64,000 nt of DNA from Malacoraja senta (lineage: Eukaryota), in assembly GCA_038087875.1 (NCBI GenBank), contig CM075984.1:27962001-28026000 (forward strand), read 5' to 3'. The notes beneath the pieces were generated by a model. It was not told the origin of the DNA and did no database searches. It was given only the letters and a program-made list of their open reading frames with translations. The position numbers and the translations under genes are program-made. This document shows positions 1 to 11,196 of the stretch, piece by piece. Numbering within the stretch: position 1 is the stretch's first letter; every line of letters starts with the position of its first letter.

Positions 1-759
1 TTACTGTCACATTATTAAACACAAATTATCCCTAGGTTTCTAAAAAGTGCATCACTGCAGCAGAATAAAAGTACATCTGAACTGGTTTCCTTCGCCAAAA
101 CGTATCAGAATGTAACTTCAAGCTCTTCTCAAGGAGCAAGTTGCAGCTAGAGAAAATGAATAGATAGATGAGGCTGCCATTTGTTTATCTTTTCTGACCA
201 TAGATAAAGCTTGCCTTCGTCTACCCTCTGCAGCCTCCTTCAGGCTGCTGATGGGGCTATGATGGGTAAGTCTGCTGTTATTGCTATATCTTATCAAGAC
301 ATTTTATTGCCCGTGTCTGGTTGCCACAATTGGGTGTTGACGTTCTTTGTAATGGTTGCTTTGTACAACTCAACAGTTGGAAATATTCAGAGCACTTATG
401 GTCTTAATTAACAGCAGTCAGATTGCGTTTACATAAATAAACTAGTTGGGATTTTATCCTTGGTGACTTTTATAGGAGCCCTTCACAATTAGGCAGATTA
501 GTCAGTTCATTATCTGAGCTAGCCATGTCTGATGCACAATGTCTGCAATGCTAGCCAGACATTAGAAACACAATCCTGCCGTAACCATCCGAGTTTCCAA
601 CCTATCTTCCTGCACAGAGCAGCTGATCACAGGGATGGCCTTTTACTAAAGTTTAAAAAAAACACGAACAAAACTTAAGTGTGGTGCAGCTTATTTCCAC
701 TCTATTATGAACAAACGCATCCTAAAATAAAGCAATGGATGAGACTTTTTGATAATGAG

Positions 760-1015
760 ATTCAGGATTAGCTACACATTTTAGTCAGAGGGTGGTGAAT
801 CTGCGGAATTCTTTGCTACAGAGGCTCTGGCCAAGTCAGTGGATATTTTTAAGACAGAGATAGATAGATTCTTGATTAGTACAGGTGTCAGAGGTTATGG
901 GGAGAAGGCAGGAGAATGGGATTAGGAAGGGGAGATAGATCAGCCATGATTGAATGGCGGAGTAGACTTGATGGGCCGAATGGCCTAATTCTACTCCTAT
1001 CACTTTTGACCTTAT
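760..1015 (+). mobile_element. CR1-clade LINE 3' fragment (HER1-like)
   Basis: ttagtcagagggtggtgaatctgcggaattc...gggccgaatggcctaattctactcctat is the recurrent CR1 3' end seen many times in the window; boundaries approximate. Confidence 0.8.
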
Positions 1016-1019
1016 GATC

Positions 1020-1210
1020 TGGCGGTCACCAGACCCGGGTTCGATCCCGACTACAGGTGCTGTCTGTATGGAGTTTGTACGTTCTCCCCGTGATCTGCGT
1101 GGGTTTTCTCCGAGATCTTCGGTTTCCTCCCGCACACCAAAGAAGTACAGATTTGTAGGTTAATTGGCTTGATTAATTGGCTTGATTTAAAAAAATGTTA
1201 AAATTGTCCA
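1020..1210 (+). mobile_element. HE1/V-SINE-like tRNA-derived SINE, truncated
   Basis: B-box gggttcgatccc followed by the core ggtgctgtctgtatggagtttgtacgttctccccgtg shared with the other copies. Confidence 0.8.
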
Positions 1211-1415
1211 AGTTGGCGATATGCAGAGTACTGCCCTGCCGACTACAAAATTCAGAAGGTTCAGAAGGTTATGGAGGCGCTATGGAGACTTGAGTCCAGC
1301 GCCAACTAGCTCCGTGCCGAAGAAACTAAAAACGGGAGAAAATCGGGTCTTACCTGCAGCGATCGCGATCTGAACGGCTGCCTGCGTGACGTCATCAGGC
1401 GCGCTACTCTACGGT

Positions 1416-2459
1416 ATGTCGTTACAACGTACCCCCACCCGTGTGACACAAAAAAAAGGCGCTAAAGGGAAATCGCAGCCGGAAGAGGAAGGCCCTACAG
1501 AGGCCTCGGCCTCAGTTACAACGTCGCCCCAGGAAGAACCTCCGAAGAAAACAAAACAGAAAAAGTCCGAAATGGAGGATCTTAAAACTTTTCTCGTTGC
1601 CGAATTGAAAACCTTTGGAGAGAATTTTGGAGAGAAATTTAAAGAGGATCTCTACTCTTTCAAGGTAGATTTTAAAGCAGAAATGCTTTCTACCGTTCAA
1701 CAAATACTGGAAATCTGGAAAAGGACGACGGAGGAAGAAGTCAAGGATCAGATGGAAACGCTGGAAGCCAGGCTCGTTTCGGTGGAAGCGAATGTCAATA
1801 TGGATGTGGCCCCCATTCGTCACGAACTTGATCAACATAGAACAGCGATAACCGAACTTGAGAAATGGGCGGCGACAAGTGAGGAAACTGTAGCTCTACT
1901 CCTTACTGAAAACCAACGCCTCTCCGATATGGTGATCAAATTAAATGATAAATGTACCGATTTGGAGGGTCGTCAAAGACGTACGAACCTAAGAATTGTA
2001 GGGGTGAAAGAAGGAAGTGAGAAGGAAATGGGCACTCGGGATTTTGTGGCAGACCTATTACAAAAAGCCTTAAAATTGGATCACAAACCTTCACTCGGTC
2101 GAGCTCATAGAGCGCAGCGACGTCGTACACAAGATGAAGCCCATCCAAGACAAATCATCGTAAAGGTGCAACTGGATCATGAATTTGACGATATAATGAA
2201 GAAAACTGTTCAAGGCGGACAGCTCCTTTTTGAAGGTGTGAGATTCAGTATTTACCGAGATTATCCGGCAGAAGTCTTCAAGAAAAGAGCGCTGTTCACT
2301 GAGACAAAAAGAATACTGAAGAATGTACATGGTTTGAGATACGGCCTGCTTTATCCCGCAAGACTAAGAGTCACCTACAAGTCCAAGGAGCTATTTTTTA
2401 CGGACCACGAAAAAGCACTGAAATACGCCAAAGAAATCGGGAACCTGACCGTAGACTGA
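1416..2459 (+). CDS. L1 ORF1p (coiled coil + RRM + CTD, Transposase_22-like), intact
   Basis: First ATG at 1416 within ORF 1386-2459; heptad region followed by DLEGRQRRTNLRIVGVKEG, RAHR, IYRDY and YPARLRV motifs typical of L1 ORF1p. Confidence 0.93.
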   Translation: MSLQRTPTRVTQKKGAKGKSQPEEEGPTEASASVTTSPQEEPPKKTKQKKSEMEDLKTFLVAELKTFGENFGEKFKEDLYSFKVDFKAEMLSTVQQILEIWKRTTEEEVKDQMETLEARLVSVEANVNMDVAPIRHELDQHRTAITELEKWAATSEETVALLLTENQRLSDMVIKLNDKCTDLEGRQRRTNLRIVGVKEGSEKEMGTRDFVADLLQKALKLDHKPSLGRAHRAQRRRTQDEAHPRQIIVKVQLDHEFDDIMKKTVQGGQLLFEGVRFSIYRDYPAEVFKKRALFTETKRILKNVHGLRYGLLYPARLRVTYKSKELFFTDHEKALKYAKEIGNLTVD

Positions 2460-3456
2460 AGAATTTACTTTACGCCTTAGGAGTCAAGGACTAACAGGAC
2501 CACCAGATCTAAAAGGACCTTTAGAGTTCTTTTAAGAGCTTTAAGGACATTCGAAAACCGAAATGGACGGAGGACATTGGAGAAAACCGTGACCTTTGTA
2601 TTTTTTAATTTTTTTTATTTTATTAATTTTACTAATCATTGTTATTATCTGTATATTCATACCTAACTACAACTAATACTTATTTAATATCCACATTACT
2701 ACTAAAATTATTAACATCAACATTCCTCATAAAAATTTAATACTGTATATGATTGATAACAATGATTAATAACTAATAGTCTTTGATTAACGTAGAGATG
2801 AATTACATACTTATATTATATAAGAGGATATGCAAGAGGTAAATTAGCCTATGTCATAATAAAACTTGACGGTTTTCCTCTTTGATTTTCAAATTAAAAT
2901 TAAATTTATAGATTTAGCGAAGAAAATAATATAATATGCAGAGAATAATAACGTTGTGAATTTTTGATATTCTTGAATTTTTCTGCAGGGATACGTGCTT
3001 ATGTATGTATGCACATGGGTATATATACATATATATATGTATTATGGTGTGTGTGTGTATGTATGGGTATGTATATAAGTTTGTTACTCCCAAAGAAGTT
3101 ATTTGAATGTTAGAAATAATCTTTCTTTTTCTTCGGGCACGGAGCTGGGAATTTTTTTTTTACAAAGGCTACGGAAGTCTTTAGAATTCTAGCCACGTTA
3201 GTGTGGCTATCACTAACTACACTAATTGTAGATGTAGTTCTTTTTCTTTCACCCTTTACTAATCAATTCTATCACTTTTTTCACTTTAAATATTTTTATA
3301 ACTCAACGTTTGAATGGAAAAACAAGTCTAATACAAGGAGATGTGTTCGGAAGAGCGATGTATATGATTTTAAATTCATCTATCTGAAGTTCGGTAGCAG
3401 GGTCAGGTTCTATGTGTTGTACTTTCTGCTCGGCTATAGACCACCTTAGAAACAAT

Positions 3457-6400
3457 ATGCAAGATGTTAATATGATAAGAGGGGGTCAGGGAATAACATT
3501 TTGTAGTTGGAATGTCAAGGGAATCAATGAACCAATTAAGAGAGGTAAAGTTTTGGCACATCTAAACCTAATCAAAACAGATATAATATTTCTCCAAGAA
3601 ACGCACCTTAAAAAGGAATCTCAACATAGACTTAAAGCTAAGTGGATCGCTGAATCATATCATTCCTCTTTTTCCCATAAATCCAGAGGAGTTGCAATAT
3701 TAATTCGTAAAGGAATACATTTTACGAACTCTTCAACAATAGTGGATATTGATGGTAGATATATTATATTAGTTGGAGAGTTAAATGGTGAAAAAGTAAT
3801 TCTTCTCAATGTATATGGGCCTAACTTTGATAACCCCATGTTTTTTAATAAAACATTTAATAAAATTCCTGAATTTACACAATATAAATTAATAATTGGA
3901 GGAGACTTCAACTGTACATTAGATTCATACTTAGATAGATCTTCAAGGCAAAAAAAAGTAAAATCTCAATCAAGTGTATTTTTAAATTCATTTATTAATA
4001 CCACTAATATTAAGGATGTCTGGAGAATAGAAAACCCAACTGGACGGGAATACTCATTTTACTCACTAGTACATAAAACATACTCAAGAATAGATTATTT
4101 TTTGGTTGACTCTAGGTTTATCCCATTTATTTATAATTCAAAATATCATAACATTATAATCTCAGATCACGCACCTGTAACATTCATGATTAAATTAAAT
4201 GGAATATCCGAGAAACAAACATATTGGAGATTCAACCCACAAATTTTGAACGAAAGATCATGCCAGGAATATATTATTAAACAGATTCAAATATTTTTTG
4301 AGGTAAATGACAACCCTGACACACCTACTTCTCTTATGTGGGAAACGTTTAAAGCGTTTGTTCGTGGTACATTAATTTCCGCTCAAGCATTTTATAATAA
4401 AGAGAACAGGATTAAACAACAAACATTGGAAAGTGAAATCAAGCAACTAGATATAGAAAATGCGAGAATGCCATCTATTTTAAAACATAATAAAATTGCT
4501 GTATTAAAATATAAATTAAATTAAATGTATTCAGAACAAGTAATAAAACTTTATCAAAAAACCAAACAATTACATTTTGAATTTGGAGACAAACCACAAA
4601 AACTATTATCACGTCAGTTACGAAAAATGGAAGGGGAAAAAATAATTCATAAAATTAGAACAGAGACAGGAGAATTATTAAAAATGCCTAAGGACATAAA
4701 TGATAGATTTCTCCAATACTATCATAACCTTTATTCAACTAAAACCGTAGGACAATCAGAAGGAATAGCAGATTTTTTACTAAAATGTAATTTAAAAGGT
4801 TTAGATTCAAACGATAGAGAATTATTAGAAAAGGAGATTACCATAAAAGGTATTGAGGAGTCTATCGGCTCTTTAAAAAATGGTAAAGCAGTAGGACCAG
4901 ATGGTTTAGGCTCCGAATTTTATAAAAAATTTCATGACTTGCTTTGCCCACGTTTACAAAGATTATATGAGTATATCTATACTCAACAGAAACTTCCAGA
5001 CACTTTAAATGAATCTATAATAACACTTATTCCTAAAGCTGATAAAGATCCGGAAGACCCGGGATCATATAGAGCAATCGCACTTTTAAATACAGATCAG
5101 AAAATATTAACTAAAATACTAGCGAATAGATTAAGTATAGTGATGAATAAATTAATACACCCTGACCAAACAGGCTTTATTCAGAAACGGTACTCATATT
5201 ATAATCTAAGAAGATTATTTAATATTATATATTCCAAGAGAAATATTAAGGAAGATCTAGCAATAATCTCACTTGACGCTGAAAAAGCATTTGATCAGGT
5301 CGAATGGTCTTATTTATTTTCGGTGATGGAAAATATGCAGTTAGGGGAGAAATTCTGTACATGGATAAAACTGTTATATACAAATCCCACGGCTAGAATA
5401 TTTACAAACCAAAGGTTGTCATCTAAATTTAGTCTATCTAGAGGTTGTAGACAAGGATGCCCGTTATCTCCATTATTATTTGTGCTTGCTATTGAGCCAC
5501 TTGCAGAAAGAGTCAGGGGGCATCCGGAAATACACGGATATAACACAAAGGACACAGTGAATAAAATTTCTTTATACGCAGATGATGTATTAATTTACAT
5601 TACAAAACCAGAAATTAGTATTCCAAACTTATTAAAGCTAATAACCCAATTTGGTTCACTTTCAGGATACAGAATAAATTGGAATAAAAGTGAAATTATG
5701 CCAATAAGGGAACATAACAAACAGATAATACAACAATTTCCATTTAAAATAGTAAACAAAAAATTTAAATATCTAGGTATTTATATAACTAAGAAATATA
5801 CATCATTATTTAAAGCAAATTTTCCACCATTACTAAATAAACTACATAAGAATATTCAATACTGGAAAACACTTCCTATCTCAATGGTAGGCAAAATTAA
5901 TGCCATAAAAATGATTTTTTTACCGCAAATATTATACCTTTTTCAGACAATTCCGATATATCTGGCAAAAACCTTTTTTTTTAAACTGGATTCTATTGTT
6001 AATGATTTCATCTGGGATTATAAGAATCATAGGATAAACAAAAGACATTTGTGTAAATCAAAAATGAATGGAGGCTTGGTTTTACCCAACTTTTTGTTTT
6101 ATTTCTGGGCAGTTAATATTAAAAATATGAATTTCTGGTTGGAAGAAATAGATCATCAGCCAGACTGGTTAAAAATGGAAAAGGAAGATTGTTTACCTTT
6201 TGATATCGGTTCGATTTTATTTGCTACGTCTAAATTAAACAAAAAAATTTATAGGGAAAACCCTATAATATTTAGTGCTATACGAATTTGGAAACAATTA
6301 AAAAAGACATTAAAATTAGATAATTTATCACTTTTTCTTCCAATTGTGAATAACCCTTTGTTTAAGCCTTCATGGTTGGACGGGGGTTTTACACAATGGA

Positions 6401-7272
6401 AGAATTATGGAATTAAAAATATGGGACAACTTTACAAGGAAGGCACTTTTCTGACATTTCAGGAGTTGCAACAGACTTACGGACTTCGAGGAAATGATTA
6501 CTTCAGATATCTTCAACTTAGAGATTATGTAAAATCAAATACTCAAAATTTTCGAATTAGAAATTCAGAAATTCTTGATGAATGTTGGAACAAACATCCT
6601 AATACAGAAAAATTAATATCTTATATATATAATATCTTATTAGACAGTGACATTCCATCGACGGACTTACATAGACAAACATGGGAAAAAGAATTAAATC
6701 AAATAATAACGAAAGATACTTGGGAAGAAAGTTTGCAACACATACATCAATGTTCATTAAACGCCAGACATTCTCTAATACAATTTAAAGTAATACATAG
6801 GTTACATTATTCCAAAACAAAACTACATAAAATTTTTCAACATATCTCACCTATATGTGATAAATGTCAACATTTAGAAGCTACCTTATCTCATATGTTT
6901 GCAAACTGTATAAAAATTAAACAATTCTGGGTAAATATTTTCAGTATAATATCTAAAGTAACCAGCACACAATTGGACCCAGATCCAAAATTAATAATAC
7001 TTGGAATATTAGAATTAAATCAAACATTTAGAATAACACAAAGAAACTTTATTGATTATAGTTTAATAACAGGAAAAAAATTAATTCTAAAATTTTGGAA
7101 AGGCCCTACGACCCCCACAATTAAAATGTGGATTATAGAAATGACGGAGACCTTAAATGTGGAAAGAATCAGACTCTCCCTGTTGGACAAACAGGAATTA
7201 TTCGTTGGAACATGGTCTCCTTTTATTGATTACCTAAAGGGCCAGAACAGTTCAGCACAGGAACCTGACTAA
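3457..7272 (+). pseudogene. L1 ORF2p (APE endonuclease + reverse transcriptase + CCHC), one in-frame stop
   Basis: SWNVKG, FLQETH, GGDFN, SRIDY, SDH (endonuclease); SLDAEKAFD, RQGCPLSP, LYADD (RT); CDKC...HMFANC; ORFs 3412-4524 and 4525-7272 are in the same frame, separated only by TAA at 4522-4524; ~1270 codons in total. Confidence 0.95.
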
Positions 7273-7362
7273 CACCCGGGCTAAAGAATGGATGAAACGC
7301 TATATCTAGAAATGTACGAATATATCTCGAATGAAGTTTTCTATTTTAATAAATTTTTCCAT

Positions 7363-7511
7363 NNNNNNNNNNNNNNNNNNNNNNNNNNNNNNNNNNNNNN
7401 NNNNNNNNNNNNNNNNNNNNNNNNNNNNNNNNNNNNNNNNNNNNNNNNNNNNNNNNNNNNNNNNNNNNNNNNNNNNNNNNNNNNNNNNNNNNNNNNNNNN
7501 NNNNNNNNNNN
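7363..7511. other. Assembly gap (N run) inside the L1 3' UTR
   Basis: run of n. Confidence 1.
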
Positions 7512-7990
7512 TCTCTTTAGTTCTATTTAGCTTAAAAAAAAAGCAAAAGGTATTGGAGACATTGTAATAATATTTAACAATATTATCAATTTAATAATGT
7601 AAGACTGTAATGATGTAATTAGGTTGTGTACGCATCTCCAATAAAAAAATATTAAAAAAAAGAAAAGAAAATAAGCCCAGTGCGTGGATACAGTCTATGA
7701 TGTGTTTAATATCCAGCCCATGTATCATTTTACAAATGTATATTGTCCTTTTTGGCTGTGATGGTTGAATGGATATCATGCAATTTAAAGTTGAATTTGC
7801 ATCACAAAAAAAACAAAAAAAGAAAAAAAAAAAAAGAAGGTTATGAGTTTCGCAGACCAATATTCAAAGAGTGGGAAGCAAAGAGTCAAGTGTCAAAAGT
7901 CAAGAGTCAAGAGTGTTCTATTGCCCTATGTACCGGAATGGAACAATGTAATTCTTACTTGCAACAGCATGACAGGTTTGTAAATACAAT

Positions 7991-8280
7991 AGTTTAGAGA
8001 TACAGCACAGAAACAGGCCCTTCAGCCGACAGAGTCTGCACCAAGCAGTGATTACCCTTGTATTAGTTCTATCCTACACACGAGGGACAATTTACAGAAG
8101 CCAATTAACCTACAAACCTGCAAATCTTTGGAATGTGGGAGGAAACCGGAGCACCTGGAGAAAACCCACGCGGTCACAGGGAGAACATACAAAAACCACA
8201 TAGACAGTACCCGTAGTCAAGATTGAACCCGCGTCTTTGGGGCTGTAAGGCAGCAACTCTACCGCTGCACCACTGTGCCG
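7991..8280 (-). mobile_element. HE1/V-SINE-like SINE, near full length
   Basis: Reverse complement of the tRNA-like head (cggcacagtggtgcagcggtagagttgctgcc), core and CR1-derived tail. Confidence 0.88.
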
Positions 8281-8665
8281 TACAATGGCTTAATATGATA
8301 AACAAACGTAAAAACTTCAATAAATAATGACCCAATAGAGTGCAAACAAAGCCTGAAGTCCCTAGTGCAACCGAGGCAGTTCATAGTTCAGAGCTTAGCT
8401 GGACATCGTAGTGTATAATAGCCTGATGGTCATTGGGAAGAAGCTGAACCTGGAAGTTACAGTTTTCAGGTTCACTATACTTTTTTCCCAATGCCAGTAG
8501 TGAAATGAGAGTGTGGCCAGGGTGATGTGTGTCCACAGTGTTCACCAGTTGTTGTCATCATCATTCCTGGGCATTCAAGTTACCAAACCAAAGCCATGAT
8601 GCAACCAGTTAATAAGCTCTCTACTATACATCTGCAAAAGTCAAGAGAGCATTCGTCAATGTACC

Positions 8666-9524
8666 ACCGGGGGCGCCGCACGATTGGCAGCCCCGCCAAC
8701 AGTCTCTCTGTGTTTTAGTCTTTTTGTTTATTTTTAGTGCGTGTTAAAAGTTCATGTAAATGTTCCCCAGTTTGTTTTATGTGGGGGAAGGGGGTGGGGA
8801 TTGGGGGAAACTTTTTTAAACGTTTATTACCTTACCGGAGATGCGATTATTTTCCAGATCGCATTCTCCGGTTGCTCTGCGGCCTACCATCGATGGAGCT
8901 GGAGGCCTCCTCGGACTGACTTTGAGCCCCACCATGGGGCGTGGACTTATATCAGAGCCGATCCCTTGCCTGGGATCCCTACAACCATGGCCTGCGGACT
9001 TACCATCAAGGGCTCGCAGTCTCGGGAGAGGCTAGTCGGGAAGCTCCAACGTCGCGAAAGGTTCCACCAGCCCCGACGCGGGGTTCGATCATCTGCGAGG
9101 GGAAACTGACATCCCCCGATGCAGGAGCTGATCGCCTCGATGCGGAGGGCCCAACCACCGGCTACGGGAGTGAAGATCGTCCCGTCCAAGAAGGGCTCGA
9201 GGCAAAGGGAGAGATAGGTTATGACGCATATCAAATACTACCTCAGCAAGAACCTGGACACACTGCAATATGCCTAGTTCCACAATAGATCACCAGGGGT
9301 TGCAATCTCGCTGGGAGAGCAAAGGGAAGAGATTTGAACTTTTTTTCGCCTTCCATCACAGTGAGGAATGCGAGGAGGCACTGTTGGATGTTTATGTTAA
9401 AATGTGTTTTGTGTGTTCCATTGCTTTTTATTTGCGTGACTGACTTGGCAAATGAAATTCCTTGTATGTTGCAAAACATACTTGGCTAATAAAGTATTAT
9501 TGTGATTGTGATTGATTGTGATTG
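8666..9524 (+). mobile_element. Non-autonomous CpG-rich retroposon (family with copies at 20038, 27853, 62790)
   Basis: Shared 3' block gccttccatcacagtgaggaatg...ggatgtttatgttaa, AATAAA and (attgtg)n tail; inserted in the Rex1 copy. Confidence 0.75.
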
Positions 9525-10955
9525 CGACATACCGAATCTTCTCAATCTTCTAAGGATGTAAAGGCGTGATGGGCTTTTATGATTTCATCTATGTGCTAGA
9601 TCCAGAACAGATCTTCAGAGAAATACACACCTAGGAATTTGAAGTTGTGACTCTTTCCACCACCAACCTATTGATGAAGGTTTGTGGATCCTCAGCTTTC
9701 CTTTTCTAAAGTCAACAGTTAGTTCCTTGATTTTACTGACGTTAAGGGCAAGGTTGGTGTTTTAGTAGTATTCAATCAGACTATCAATCTCCCACATACT
9801 CTGACTTATCATTATCTGCAATTCATCCATCAACAGTGGTGTCATCAGGAAATTTAAAGATGGAGTTAAAACTGCGTCTGGCTACACAGTCATAGGTATA
9901 GAGTGAGTAGAACAGAGGACTGAGCACATAGTCTTGAGGTGCCTCTGTTGACAATGGTTATTGAAGAGCAAGTGTTGCCAATTCGTTCTGATTGTGTTCT
10001 GTTGATGAGGAAGTCGAGGATCCAAATTGAAAGCGATGCAAAGAGACCCAGTTCCCTGAGTTTGATAATAGATTTGAAGGGGGCGATGGTGTTGAACGTC
10101 AAGCTGTAGTCTATGAACAACAGGCTGATGTATGTGTTTTCATTGTCCAAGAGGTCCAGTGCAGCCCAGGGACCCAGCGAAATTGCAACCCCTGGTGATC
10201 TATTGTGGAACTAGGCATATTGCAGTGGGTCCAGGTTCTTGCTGAGGTAGAAGTTGATATGCGTCATAACCTATCTCTCAAAGCACTTCATCACCACTGC
10301 TGTCAGTGCCTCTGGTCAGCAATCATTGAGGCATGTCACCTTACACTTCTTGGGCTCCGGAATTATTGCTGCTCTTTTAAAGTAGGTGGGAATCTCAGAC
10401 CTCAGAGGTTGAAGATGTCCGCAAAATTTTCAGCCAGTTATTCAGTGCAGGTTTTGAGAATGCGACCAGAGACTCTTCCCGAGGATTCATACTCCTGAAG
10501 GAACTTCTAAAGTTGGCCTCTGTGACTGAGATTGCACGATATTCGGGGCCTATGGGGACGCGAGAAGGCACATCAGTGTTCTCCCTTTTGAAGCATGCAT
10601 TGAATGCATTGAATTCATCCAGGAGTGATGTTCATTGAGCTGCCACTTGAATTTGTCTTGTAGGAAGTGATGGTGTGCAAACCCTGCATAGTCTGTCTCG
10701 TCCTCCAGCTTAGAGCAAAAGTCCATTTTAGTCCATTTGATGGCCTTGTATCTGGATTTCTTATATGAATCTGCATCACCAGACTTGAATGCCTGAGATC
10801 TGGAACTCAGAAGATTGTTAACCACTAAGTTCATCCAAGGCATCTGGTTGGGGAACAGTCAGAAGGTTTTTGAGGGGACACATTCCTCCACATATTTCCT
10901 TATGAAATCAGTAATAACCATGGCATATTTGTTCAAAATCATCACCGAGTCTTTA

Positions 10956-11196
10956 TACTTTAGACTTTAGCATGAAAAAAAGCCCTTCGGCCCATTTACA
11001 ATTTTGACTGAAGCCAATTAACCTACAAATCTGTACGTCTTTGGAGTGTGAGAGGAAATCAGAGCACCCGGAGAAAACCCATGCAGTCACAGGGAGAATG
11101 TACAAATTCTGTACAGACAGCACCCGTACTCAGGATCACACCTGGGTCTCTGGCACTGTAAGGCAACAACTCTACCGCTGCACCACTGTGCCACCC
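10956..11196 (-). mobile_element. HE1/V-SINE-like SINE
   Basis: Same head and core as the other copies; nested in Rex1. Confidence 0.85.

Larger units (their letters stand above)
1274..7834 (+). mobile_element. Full-length L1-clade LINE with 3' transduced segment
   Basis: ORF1 + ~1 kb spacer + APE/RT ORF2 + two poly(A) tracts; TSD AGAAGGTTATG at 1263-1273 and 7835-7845. Confidence 0.95.

Noticed and set aside
203-271. Plus-strand mini-exon ending ATGG|gtaagt
   Set aside because: Good splice signals, but stops in all frames from the first acceptor and no recognisable peptide; the minus strand of 180-650 has only very weak dynein-like echoes, too weak to call
8741-9288. Overlapping 60-150-aa ORFs in GC-rich segments (also 20014-20647, 27937-28418, 50913-51408, 62840-63270)
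   Set aside because: Open frames expected from high GC in non-autonomous elements; not conserved between family copies
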